Source: Geosiphon pyriformis uo1 (taxonomy: Eukaryota > Fungi > Glomeromycota). From it: a stretch of DNA of 64,000 nucleotides. A model generated the notes under the pieces. It was not told where the DNA came from, searched no databases, and saw only the letters and a program-made list of their open reading frames with translations. Position numbers and translations under genes: made by a program. Below, piece by piece: positions 14,089 through 26,093 of the stretch. Within the stretch, counting starts at the first letter, position 1. The number at the start of each line of letters is the position of its first letter. The DNA lies in the NCBI GenBank assembly GCA_016748015.1, contig JAAOMT010000003.1:1120373-1184372 (forward strand), given 5' to 3'.

Positions 14089-14911
14089 ATGACGACACTT
14101 GAAGCTGTACAGACTTATGGTCGTAAGGTTAGTGTTATTGATATTTCGAGATGATAATTTTTATCCTTTTTAAAGAGGTCTGAAAGGAATACTCGCAACC
14201 CCCAATCCTCTTTCTTTTTTGAAGCATAATATCTTTTCGTCTGAAACTCGAAGCCATTAATTATATTATATATCAATCATATTTTAAATGTCTAAGATAA
14301 ATTTCTTCAGATAAATTTCCATTAGCACATTTTTGATCTAATTTTCCATTACTTAGAAAACTGCGACTGCCGTAGCGCATTGTAAACGCGGCAAGGGTTT
14401 GATCAAGATTAATGGTTCGCCTATCCACCTGGTGGAACCTGAGATCCTGAGATTCAAGGTTTATGAACCTATTTTGATATTGGGTCTGGATAAATTTAAG
14501 CACGTTGATATTCGAGTGCGCGTCAAGGGAGGTGGTCACACTTCGCAGATATATGCTATTCGACAGGCTATCGCCAAGGCGATTGTCGCCTATAATCAAA
14601 AATATGTTGATGAGGCGACCAAAAAAGAGATCAAGGAGATTTTGATTCGGTATGATCGAACGTTGCTCGTCGCTGATCCGCGTCGTTGTGAACCCAAGAA
14701 GTTTGGTGGCAAGGGAGCTCGTGCACGGTATGCCGTTTCTAGGAATTTCTTTCATTGCTTTATTTTTATGGTTTCTGCATACTAAGCTTTATTCAATCTC
14801 GTAATTTTTTACTTATAGCTACCAAAAATCCTATCGTAAGTTTTTATTAGTATTTTGTCGGTTTCTACAGCGGGACTTTCTAAACATTTTATCATTCACG
14901 AAATAGGTTAA
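14089..14911 (+). CDS. RPS16: 40S ribosomal protein S16 (uS9)
   Basis: [13 protein letters not shown]|[10 protein letters not shown]...[17 protein letters not shown]...[24 protein letters not shown]; last coding exon is 5 nt (GT-TAA). Confidence 0.97.
14145..14252 (+). ncRNA. Candidate intronic box C/D snoRNA or structured intron element in RPS16
   Basis: Terminal stem TTCGAG/CTCGAA flanks C-like ATGATAA (14151) and D box CTGA (14241); internal CTGA at 14180; no rRNA target recognised. Confidence 0.3.
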
Positions 14912-15208
14912 AACAATCCTCGATAAATCATTTGCTGGGCTTATCATTGGCCGAAATTAAATTCAGCATTGACTTTAAAAGTGTTCACCTAGTGTACCCA
15001 AAGAAAAATTGCATTACGTGAAACATCAAAATACAGCTGTTTTGAGAAACTCGAAATTAAAATATTCATTAATTGAATGTTGTTTGGCTATGAGGAATTT
15101 CCCAAATTTTCACATTGGTAGAATATAATTATATTTAAAATAATCGTCAAAATTTCGGCAGGATTATATTATTTTATTTCGGAATCCTGACGATCTCGAA
15201 TTTTCCCA

Positions 15209-16348
15209 TCATTGATGCTTTTTTTCTGTTCCTTTACGCGCCTTCAAATACTTGCGACGCTGAGAAATCATGTGAGTGTACATTGTATAAAATCCTAAAG
15301 AATTGTGTAGAGCTTGAGCAAAGAGCTAATGTTGGGATATTCAAGTTATTCGCAACATACCGGGGGCATAAATGATAAGCACGAGGATCTCCGTGAGATA
15401 ATATACGTAGTTATACTTTTTTGCGTAAGGAAGTGATTGGTAAATAAGGAGCGATTCACTTCCAGCGCCAACAGGATATAACAAGAAAAAGAATGTGTAT
15501 CTAATGGACAATAATTGTAAATTTCTACTATTAGTTGAAAAACGAAATCTCAACTAAATGATTCTCTGGAAAATACCGTGCCCAAAGAAGTAACGCCGGT
15601 TGTACGCCAATCAAACTGAACCCATAATATGCATATCTCACGAATTCAGTGATGGACCAAGCAATGGTCATAGTGGTGAAGGCCCAATGCGTACGTTCCT
15701 AATCCAAATGAAAAAAGCTTGATTAGAAAAATAAGTCACATAATTTATAGAGATATAAATGAAAATTTTAACCTCAGGAAAGAGATTGAGAATCCCCCAA
15801 ACAAGCAACAGGCGAGACGCGACTTGAATTCCTGTGGTTGCCAATGGAGATTTTACGAGCCCTGAATGTAATTGATAATAAGTTAATTGTTTTTAATCAA
15901 TAAAAGAATTAGAGTGATTGAAAGAAAGTTTACCGAATCCCACATGCAATACCTATTTTTCATATGAATTTGACGATCCAGGAGAATTATCAAATTAACA
16001 ATAGAGAAAACTTCAATTAACCTAGCAATGTTCCAAAGCATCATACCTCTAAAAGGGCAGTAGTTTGCACCCAAGTCAAGATCCAACCAACTTGATCATA
16101 ACTTTTCCTAAAATCGCCTTTAGTGTGGACCAAATTTGATATCGTGTTCCAAAGCACATAGCTCCATCCCACCCATGATAAAACATTATATAGGATCAGG
16201 TAATTTTTTGTCAAGCCAGAGCCTAAAGACCCAAAATGTTTGAATTTCAATTACGATTATTTTAATTTGTGGGCGAGATTGATATCTGACTTGTACCTGA
16301 ACTGTTCTTTCTTCCCCTAGTTTCTTCGCTTATTGATGTGGCAGACAT
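15209..16348 (-). CDS. PHS1: Very-long-chain 3-hydroxyacyl-CoA dehydratase (PTPLA family)
   Basis: YLILYNVLSWVGW, VQTTALLE, QVASRLLLVWG, AWSITEFVRY, RYTFFFLLYPVGAGSE, YTHMISQRRK motifs across exons. Confidence 0.95.
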
Positions 16349-16559
16349 GATTTTTCAATTTTTGGGAAAGTTAGTTGTTCAATTTTCTTTGAAAGATCGA
16401 TTTTGATTTCCCCCAACAATTTTATTGCTGCCATGATCGGTTATTTACAAAATAATTTTTCACACGCTGAATATCATCCTCAATCGCGACTAGCAAATTC
16501 TCTGACTAATCATGATACCATCATCAAAAATGTTTTCACGTTACTTGGGTTTTATCTAA

Positions 16560-16935
16560 CTATGTAACAAAATTTTCATTTACTATTAAATGTTAAAAGT
16601 GTTTTTAAAAAGTTGTTAATTTTTGGATTTGGGTGCCGATGTCTAAGTTGAGGGCTGAATACAAGAAGTCGGGTTTGATTCGTGATGCGGATGCTGAGTT
16701 TGTGGACGTGGGTGGTGTTAGCGGTGTGGTTTTTGGTGAATTGCCTGGTATTGGTTCGTTTGGTGTTGGGCATTTGAGCTATTTCGGTCTGTTTTTAGTT
16801 TCTGATATTTCTACTGTGTAGGACCGCGTCAGGCGTGTTTGTATGAGTCTACGTCTGGGTGGTTGGTCACGTGCAGAAAGCGCGCCTATAGTAAACTTCA
16901 CTTTGTTAAAGCATAAATAAAATAAAATAAAATAA
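16560..16935 (+). mobile_element. 3' fragment of a LINE (ORF2 C-terminus, 3'UTR motif, (AAAAT)n tail)
   Basis: SKLRAEYKKSGLI...LPGIGSFGVGH resembles the LINE ORF2 end at 56800-57019 (AKHRVFIEKNGLI...LLGIANAFGIHF); shared TGGTCACGTGCAGAAA motif; TAAAA repeats at 16913-16935. Confidence 0.7.
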
Positions 16936-18515
16936 TTGTAAGAATATTAATTCTGTTTGGCAAAAAAATTACAACACATGTTCTAAAAATTATTAGCAAA
17001 ATTAAGTAATTCAACTAATGCTAAAAAAATAAATTAATTAATAACTTAAATTAAATACAAAAAACAATTTTTGTAAAAAAAATAAGAACAAAAATATATA
17101 ATCATAATTAAACAAAAAAACATTGTATTTTTGTAAATATTAAATTTAACAATACTTAAAACATTTTTATTTGTAAAATCAGATAAAAATGAATTATCTT
17201 TAAATAATCTTAAGAAAAATTGGTTTTAAGTATTTTAAAAGCATTATGTTTATTTTTAGTTAAGAATACTTTATTTTTCAAAGTTTTATTTAAGAAACAA
17301 ATTAATAATAATTTTAATACTATTGTTTGTTTGTAAAAAAAACTTTAAAATTTATAATATTAAATTAATAATTAAAATATTATTTTTTATTAATACATAA
17401 ACAGTTTAAAAAAACATAACTTTTAAATAACTAAATTTTATTAAATTAAAACAATAATACAAAGCTTTTAGTTTAATTTTAATAATAACTTTAATTTAAA
17501 CTATATTATAAATAGAAATAATATTTTTTAATTGTAATAATAATAGTAAAAATATGTTAACTAAATTAATTTTGAATTTGTTTTTGGATATTTTTTTATT
17601 TTAAAATAAATTTAATAAAATATTATAACATATAATAATATTTAATTAATATTAAAAATATGAAAATTAAAAATGATTTTTTTGTTTTTAAAAATATATT
17701 AAAAGTTATAACATAAAAAAGTTGTTTGATTTTAATTATAAATTAAAAACAAAAATATTTAAACTAAAAAACAAAAAAAAATAACCAAGTTTTTTTTATT
17801 ATTATTTTTTATATTTTTATATTATTAAATTGAAAAATTTTTTGTTTAAAAACTATTTTTTTAAAGAGCATTATAAAATATCTAATTAAAAACAAAGCTG
17901 TAAAAAAATTTGTTTTTAATATTAATAAAAATATAATAAATTTTAAGCAAAAAAATAATACTAAAAAAAGTAAAGTAAGAAATTTTAATAATATTAATAA
18001 TTTTTAAAAAACCAAGTAAAATTTAAAAGTAAATTTAATAATATAAATAAAAGTAAAATAATTAAGATTAATAATAATAATAAAAAAAAATTATATAAAT
18101 AATTAAAAAAACCATAATAATTAAGACAAATTTTATTAAAAATATAATAATAAAATTATTTAAAACAATAATTTTAATGTATTGATTATTTTTATTTTTA
18201 ATAAAGTTAATATTATTATTAACTTTTTTTTTACTTAAAAAAAAATATTTTATTATTAAAAAAAAGTTGTATTAAATATTAATTTTTAAATTATAAAAAA
18301 AATATTAATAAAAAATTATATATATAAAATATTTTTATTGATAATTGTTTTTAAAAAGTTTTTATTTTATTAAAATTCCAGAAAATTATCAGATTAATAT
18401 TTATTTTTAAATTAAGTTTGACTATAAAAAAAATTTAATTATAAAAAAAAACTTAATCTTAAATTAAAAAGTTATTATTAAGAAAATTTTAATTAATATT
18501 TTAAAAAACTGTAGC

Positions 18516-19303
18516 TGTTATAATCAATAAAAAATTGAGTTATTAATTAACATAAAATTATTTTATAATTTTTATTATTAATTAACATATAATATAATTT
18601 TAATTTATTACTTAATTAAATTAGATAATATTTCAAATTAGATAACATTTAAAAATTTACCAAAATATTTAAAAATTTGTTAAAATATTTAAAATAACAT
18701 ATAATTTATCAAAAAAAAGTATTAAATTAAAAAAAATATTATAATAAATTATAAAAGAAAATTTTTTTTTTAAAAAATTATATTTTATTTTAATTTAGAT
18801 TTAATATAAAAATTAATAAATTACAACAAATTAACAAAATAAAATTTACATTTAAAAACCCAATTTCTTTTAAAATTATTATTCTTTTAAAATTTATAAA
18901 TTTTTAAAATTAAGTAATTATTAATTTAGTAATTACTTATTAATTCTAAATCTAAACAAAATATATTTTTTTTATATTTTTTTTATTTAAATTTCTTTTT
19001 TTTATTTTTTTACTTATATTATTAAGTAGTTTACAGTTAAAATTTTTTGTAAAAGAATTAACTTTTATAGCAAAATAATTGCATATTATTAAAAAATTTA
19101 TAATCAAAAATTTTTATAAAAAAATTAATTTTTATCACAAAATAATTATATAAAATAATTGGCATAAAATTAGTTATTTTATTATAATTCAATTATATAA
19201 ATTATTTAAAGTATAAAAAAATACTTTAAAAATAAATAGGTTTTATAAATTACAAATTAATATTAATAACAATAAATAAAAATAATTAAAATTTTTGATA
19301 ATA
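18516..19303 (+). mobile_element. Ghost LTR related to the Gypsy family at 32362/52606
   Basis: Colinear with the LTR after C>T/G>A conversion: TGTTAT start; TATAAAAGAA at ~18750; AAGTAGTTTACAG (=GGGTAGCCTACAG); TGTAAAAGAATTAACTTTTATAGCAAAATAATT (=TGTAGAAGAGTTGACTTTCACAGCAAAGTAACT); AATTGGCATAAAATTAGTTATTTT (=AATTGGCACGGAATTGGCCATTCC); end TTTTGATAATA (=CTTCGGTAACA). Confidence 0.85.
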
Positions 19304-20027
19304 CTATATATTTTCTAAATTTAATAAAATTAAGTTAAATTAAATTATAATTAAAAAAAAGCTGTAATTAAATTTGTTAAATTAATAAAACCAATTATAT
19401 GCTTTTGTTATAGTTTATTTTAATTATAAAAAACAATATATATAATTAAAACAAATATAAACAAAAAATTTTGAATTAAAAAAATATATATTATGTTTTA
19501 TTATATATTTTATTAATAAATATTAATGCTTATAATCTTAAAATTTACAAGTAAAAAAACTTGTATTATTAATAAAAAGCTTATAATTTATGCAAATTAT
19601 TAATTTGTTTTAAATTATAATTAAGTTACAAATTAGATATTAATTTGAAAAATTTAAATACTGTTTTAATTTAAATTATATAAATATTTTTTGTAATTAT
19701 TTTAATTATATAGTTTTAAAGTATAATTTTATTAACATATTTTTGTTTATATATGTGTCAAAAAATTTGTTTTTATTAATTGTTTAATTATTTTTAATTA
19801 TAAAACTTGAATTTAAATAATTGTTAAAAATTTGAATAAAAATATTTTTGGTTTTAATTTTTTTCAAAGTTAATTTTTTTAAATGCTTTAATTAATTTGG
19901 TATTAAAAATAAACAAACTTGAAAATTTTTTTAAACAGTTAATAAATTGTTTTAATAAATTTATTGAGTAATTAATATCTTTTATTATTAAAACTAATAT
20001 TAAGTTTTTGGTTTTTTTATTAATTAG

Positions 20028-20760
20028 TTTTTTTTTTTTTAATTATATTTTATAAATAAAGCCCAATTGCTATCTAGTACATAAACCCAAACTAAGTGGC
20101 TCAAACTAAATACAGCTTATACTTTTACTACATATAATCAGTCATTCAAGCCAGACAAGACAACACTATATGTTTATAACAACAAATAGAACACTGCTCA
20201 AACCAGAAAAAAAATAACACATTCTGTGTTTACCAAAGTTAACAGCAAAAGATTTCAAAACACCAAGCATATAAATCATCCCATTTGACAACATAAATAC
20301 TATATAATAAGACAAACCCAAAATTATTCCATCATTTTTGACCAATTCAGTTTTTTCTATATCTACTTTATGTTTGAATCTAATAAAATTACATTTTATT
20401 ACAATGCAATTTTACTACAAACTTTATGTATTCAACAAGAGCCAGAACAGCTTTTTTTTTCTTCAAAAACCAAAATGGTCTTAGTATACCAGTTTTTTAA
20501 CACAAAATCTTTGTAAATTATAACATACAAACTCATGTTTGAAGAACATAATAAAAGTGAACACAAAATAGCAGAAGTTGGCAAACAAAAGGAACTTATC
20601 AACAACATCTATCTTTTAATAGTTTTAGCCAAAATATCTCTATAAATATCAATGTCATTAGTACAAGTAAAAACATGATCAGATATTTTTATTTCATTAC
20701 ATAATAAACACAACACTTTAGAATATCTTTTGTCATACAATCTTTTTCTAATTAATTTTT
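20028..20760 (-). mobile_element. 3' part of a degenerate LINE with poly(A) tail
   Basis: Minus strand reads RKRLYDKRYSKVLCLLCNEIKISDHVFTC (ORF2 Zn knuckle) and MLGVLKSFAVNFGKHRMCYFFSGL...TAG at 20166; 3'UTR like 57017-57130; A13 tail (T13 at 20028-20040). Confidence 0.85.
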
Positions 20761-23492
20761 TTATTGTTTTTGTTTTTGTTTTTATTTTAAAAAATAAAAT
20801 ACATATTAATATTAATTTTGATTTAAATTTAATTATTATAAAAAAAAAACAAAAAATTTTTTAAAAATTTTTAAAAACTTGTTATTTAAGTAAAATATTT
20901 TGATTGTTAAATTAAAACTATTTTATAATTAATTTAGTTTAAAAAATAACAACATATAATGTTAAAAATATAAAAAATTTAATAAAACAAAATAATATTA
21001 TTAAATATAAAAATATTACAAAAACTAATTTTAAAAAAAGTTTTAAATTTTAAATTAAAGATAAATATAAAAATATTAAAATTTTTGCTTTGAAAAAATA
21101 GTAGCTTTTTGAATTTTAATTTATTTATAATTATTAATAATAATATTATAAAACATGTTTACAAAATTAAAAATATTTTTAAGTATTTATTATTAATTAA
21201 ATCAATAGATAAAAATTTATTTTTTGTTTTTGTTTTAAAAATTTATGTTAAAAAGATTTTGTTTAAATTTTTAATATTAATACTTTAATTATTAAAATAT
21301 TAAATAAAAGTTTTTTTGCAATTTTAAATAATAATTTTAATTTTATTAAAATTAAACATAGTAAAAATTTAAATATATACAAAAAAATAAACTTCTATAA
21401 ATAAAAATTATTAAAATTTAATTTAAACAAAATTAGTTTGATTTAATAAAATTTTTTTGATTAAAACTTTAAAAATTATAATTTATTTTAAATATAACAA
21501 ATATTATAAAAATTGTTAATAAGATTTTTTTTAAAACCAAAGTAAAAAAATTTAATTATAATATTAATAAAATATTTTTTAAATTTTATAATTTAAAGCT
21601 TTTGTTTTTAAATTACTAAAATTAATTATATTTAATAATATATTAAAAACGAAAATTTAGTTAAAAGCAAAAATTTTTATGTATTATTTGTTTTATATTT
21701 ATTAATTAAGATTAAAAATTTTATTGTTTTTTTATATTATTTAATATTAATAAATTAAAAATATTATTAACAAATATATAAATGTTTTTGTAATTATTAA
21801 AATTAAATTATTTGTAAAAACACAAATTATTTGTATTTATATTTGGTATTTAATTATTTTTTTTACTTAATATTAAGAATAATATATATTTTTTATGTAA
21901 TAATTAAAATGATTTAAATTTTTTTTAATAATAAGACTATTAAACTGTTTAAAATATTAATATATTTTAAAAACAATGTAATTAGTTTGTTTTGAAATTG
22001 TTTTTAAACTTTTTAAATAAATATTTAACTTGTAAAAAAGATCTAAAATTTTGAAAAAAACTTAAGCTTTTATGATTTTTAAAAATTCTTATTAATATTA
22101 AATTAATAATTTAATTAAAATAATAAGAAAATTTTTTAATAAAAATATAAAAGAAAAAAATTTAATATATAAAATTTTTTAATAATAAAATAATAAAAAT
22201 AATAAAATATTTTAATATAATATAATTAATAATTAAAAAATTATTATTAACTATTAATTATTTTTTTAATAAATAATTTTATTTTTAACATTTTTAAAAA
22301 TTAAATTAAATTATATATCTTAATTATTATTTGGTTTTATTGGCTTTAAATAGTTTTTAAAAACAATATTAAACTATTTTTTATAAAGTTTATATTATAA
22401 AATATTTAAATATTACTATTAAAATAAAAATTATTAAGTTTGTTATAATTTTTTAATTGTTTTTTTTGTTATTATTGTATTTTTTAATATATTTTTAATG
22501 TATTTAATAAATTTATTAATTTGTTATTATTTAATTTAAAAACTTAAAAAAATTATGAATTTATAAAATTAACAATATAATAGTTAAATTTGTAATTAAA
22601 TTTGTTTTTTCTTTTAATTGTTATTTTTAAAATACTTTAAACAACTATTATTACCAAATTTAATAAAAAACTTTTAATTATTAATATTAATCCAAATATT
22701 AAAATTCAAATTGTTTATAAAAACTGCTTTTTTTGGTGTTAATAAATTAATTGAATTTAAAACCAATTTTTTTAAAATTTTTTTTTTTGAAAAGTTCAAA
22801 TAATAATTTACTTATAAATTGTATTAAAATAATTGAAATGTAATTGCAGATTTTAAAAGAATAAAAATAATTAAAAATGCTATAAATATTTTAACTTCAA
22901 CAATAAAATACTTTTGCAAATGAAAATAATTTTAATGCTGTTGCTACATTAATAATAATACAAGTGAATTGTTGTAAAGTAGCCTTGATTGGCTCGGGCA
23001 CATGAACCATATTTATTGTTAGTAAATGATGATTGGACTACACTCAATAAAGAATGGTAAAAAAAAAATGCCATTAATAAAAATTATTTTAAAATCATTA
23101 TTCTTTTAACACTTCTATTTCTATTAATAGTATTTTGAATGCTACTTGCCATAATTCTGCAGTGTTTTAGGTACACTTCCATCAAAATGAATGGGTTAAG
23201 AATTTCACCGAAAAAAACCAAGAGCATTTCCCCAAAACATAAATCAAAACTCAATTTGCAAACTTTCTCGTACTTTTCGATGATGAAATTTGAACCACTT
23301 AGTATCAAGTCTAAATACTCATTACAGATTTTATCTTGTCGTCAAAAAACTAGCTTAAATTCTGAGGTTTGTTAAGCGCAATAGAATTTTTGTCATATTA
23401 ATATAACACAGAAATGAAATTGTTATTGGAAGACTGATTCTTGTACATCACGAGAAACAATTTAACCAAAATATATAATTAATCACACTTGA

Positions 23493-24047
23493 TTATTCAA
23501 TGGGGATCCTGGTTCCGTGAGTTTCAACCTTCGGAACTACGACCGACAAAATACCATCCTTATAGGAAGCTTTAACTTTCTGAGGCTCAATTCGGCCAGG
23601 AAACTGGAATGCTCTGGAGAAACTACCGATTACGCGTTCACTTGACCAATAGGTTGGTCGTTGAGATCCAAGGGTTTGTATATCAGTCGAAGAATCTTCA
23701 GATTGTTCCAAGGATTGAGTAGCGTCAACGGTTCTGAGTTGTTCTTGTTCAGGTTGACCAGCGTCAGTGCCTCTCTCAATTTTCCCTTTTAATATCAAAG
23801 TGTTGTCGTCCAGGAATTCGACCGACAAATCATCCTTTTTCATTCCTGGAACTTCAGCTTCAATGAGATAATTTTTATCTGTTTCTGCCACATCAACCGA
23901 AGGAGTGAAAATTCTCGTAGGTGCTGTCAACGAAGGGAAAGCCGGGGTAAGGCGGCGACCGGCTTGAAAAAGAGGTTCATCAAGTAAAGAAAAGGCCCTG
24001 CTTAATTCTTGAGCGATATTTGGAAAAATATTGCGCGTGAGAGACAT
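23493..24047 (-). CDS. Small heat-shock protein (HSP20/alpha-crystallin), intronless
   Basis: PSVDVAET...EAEVPGMKKDD...ERVIGSFSRAFQFP...KASYKDGILSVVVPK. Confidence 0.95.
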   Translation of the reverse strand: MSLTRNIFPNIAQELSRAFSLLDEPLFQAGRRLTPAFPSLTAPTRIFTPSVDVAETDKNYLIEAEVPGMKKDDLSVEFLDDNTLILKGKIERGTDAGQPEQEQLRTVDATQSLEQSEDSSTDIQTLGSQRPTYWSSERVIGSFSRAFQFPGRIEPQKVKASYKDGILSVVVPKVETHGTRIPIE

Positions 24048-24167
24048 ATTTAATTTTTTTATTTATTAAAGGAAGTGGTTATTATCAAAGTGAATTTATT
24101 GATTTAGTTGACAATTGGAATTGAAATGAGAATTTTTGACTTTTTTAATTTAATTCTTTGACAAGTT

Positions 24168-24222
24168 ATTTATATATAGTGAATGGTATCTCTGGCCAAA
24201 AATTTCGAGAACTCACTAGAAT
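24168..24222 (-). promoter_or_regulatory. TATA box plus heat-shock element upstream of HSP20
   Basis: TATATAAATA on the minus strand at ~24168-24178; nTTCnnGAAn (TTTCGAGAAC, 24203) plus a further AGAAT pentamer. Confidence 0.6.
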
Positions 24223-24677
24223 TATAGGATGATTTAGTATTATTAAATGACATAATTTGACTATAATTAAATCATGATTATGAAGGTTGATTCATCATGT
24301 TATCATATCTTTATAGAACAATGTAGAATTTGCAAGTACCTTCCTAAACAAAGTCGTGGTAAAAATTATTTGTCATGCTGGGAAATTTGTTTATGAGAAA
24401 TTCTGACTCAAAATATCCTTGAATGAAAATTTTTTACTCTGTCGCTTGAAAAAGGCTCTACTAATTCATAAGATGACTGAGTGTAAAAAATTGCACATTA
24501 TACAAATGGTGAGAATAAATGATTAACGATTTAAGAAAGAGAAAAAATTCACCTCATAATTTTCAACTTGGATCGACCAAAAATTCCCGGGGTGCATTCA
24601 CATGCCATCCATCTTTTAATTGTAAATCATAGATCCCAATTTTTTTTCATCATCTTTATTAACCTGGAACTGGCAAA

Positions 24678-25598
24678 ATGTATCCTCCCGTTGGACTCTT
24701 GGTTGTAGACTTTGATGATACTATAACTCAACATGATGCTCTTTCTTTGCTAATTGATACCTGTCCAAGAATGCAAGATAGTTGCAAAAATGAGTGTCCT
24801 CCGCCTTGGTCTTATTTTACAGAACTTTTTTTTAAAGAACGCGCTGACCACGTTCAGCTTTGGCTAAAATCCCACCCACACGAAACTATTGACGACTATT
24901 TTAAACTATTAGGCTCTATTGAAAAAGTAGAGGAAAAATCGATAAAACGTATCGAGAAATATAATTGTCTTTCTGGTGTTCATGTTGCACAACTTATTCA
25001 ACAAGGGAGCAAAATAAAAAAACGCCCTGGGACAGCTGAAGTTTTAAAAAGATTTTTAGCGAAAAATAGTCCAGGTTCTTTATATGTGATTTCCGCGAAC
25101 TGGTCCCGAGACCTGATTTTGGGATGTCTTCAAGAAGTTGATGGTATCAATAGAAACGTTATTATGTCCAATGATTTAATATTCGTCGAAAGTTTCTCAA
25201 CAGGGAAACTTGAACGTAAAGTTCTTTCCGCTTTGGATAAACTTGAAATTTTCAAATCCCTAACAGTTCCTCCGGGTAAACTTTCCGTTTATGTTGGGGA
25301 TTCTGAAAATGATTTACCCTGTATATGTAAGTCATATCACAATTTTTTAAATTTTGTAATCAAATTGTCAAATGCTAAACTTCAATGTTTTTTAGTGGCG
25401 GCTGATATTGGAATTATTATGGGGAATAATGTTTCACTTATGCGAACTTGTAAAAAATATGGAATAGAAATTATTGATGGACTTTCAGGAAAACAATTAA
25501 TTCAAGTATCAGAAGACAAGAATGCTCTTGGATCTTCAAAGAAGCTATACAGAGTTCAAGATTGGCTTGAAATAAAAAAAAGTGGTATACTCGAATAA
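24678..25598 (+). CDS. HAD-superfamily phosphatase (Cto1 / thiamine-phosphate-phosphatase-like)
   Basis: Motif I VVDFDDTIT, motif II VISANWS, Lys, motif IV YVGDSENDL; removing the 69-nt intron 25327-25395 gives DLPCILAADIGII. Confidence 0.85.
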   Translation: MYPPVGLLVVDFDDTITQHDALSLLIDTCPRMQDSCKNECPPPWSYFTELFFKERADHVQLWLKSHPHETIDDYFKLLGSIEKVEEKSIKRIEKYNCLSGVHVAQLIQQGSKIKKRPGTAEVLKRFLAKNSPGSLYVISANWSRDLILGCLQEVDGINRNVIMSNDLIFVESFSTGKLERKVLSALDKLEIFKSLTVPPGKLSVYVGDSENDLPCICKSYHNFLNFVIKLSNAKLQCFLVAADIGIIMGNNVSLMRTCKKYGIEIIDGLSGKQLIQVSEDKNALGSSKKLYRVQDWLEIKKSGILE

Positions 25599-26093
25599 TA
25601 AGATTTTCTCGACAGAATTGTTATTTCATCAGTTTAAAGTTAAAAATAAAGCTTTTTACTTCGCCATTAAAATAACTGCGGTGCTCGCAGCAATTTCAAT
25701 AGCTTTTGTTTTGTGGTCACCCTTTTAACTAAAAAAAGTTAAAGTAAATATGTTGAACCTAATGGATGAATTTTTTTTGGATTGTATAATTTTTAATGTT
25801 GTGTTCGCAGCAATCCCAATGATTTTTTGCGGAAAAAAGATTAGTAATGGACAATCATTTATTGGACGCAGACACCATCAGATCGTGATAACATCTATGC
25901 CCGGCATGTTTTCAAATTTACATTTTCCCCGATCCTAAAATAACCGGAAAAACCGAATGACCCAACAGTCATTCTTCCTATATAAATCGAGAGAATTTTT
26001 ATCTATCAAGCTTTTTTCAACCGTCTAATCTTTAGTCCTTTTTTGTTTTTTTTTTCCCCCCTGATTTCACTCTATTTTTACTAAACGACAAAG

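Larger units (their letters stand above)
16936..23000. repeat. 6-kb AT desert of hypermutated transposon relics
   Basis: Roughly 90% AT by eye, almost no CpG, no ORFs; contains a recognisable LTR ghost and a LINE 3' end. Confidence 0.85.

Noticed and set aside
14273-14755. 160-aa antisense ORF over RPS16, and antisense ORFs over eEF2, BST1, pol and LINE ORF2
   Set aside because: Shadow frames of real coding sequence with no recognisable motifs
16936-23000. Mitochondrial insertion or AT-rich endosymbiont DNA
   Set aside because: No ORFs or RNA genes; contains recognisable transition-eroded LTR and LINE relics
23084-23375. Short ORFs downstream of HSP20
   Set aside because: Low-complexity intergenic/3'UTR sequence with no motif support
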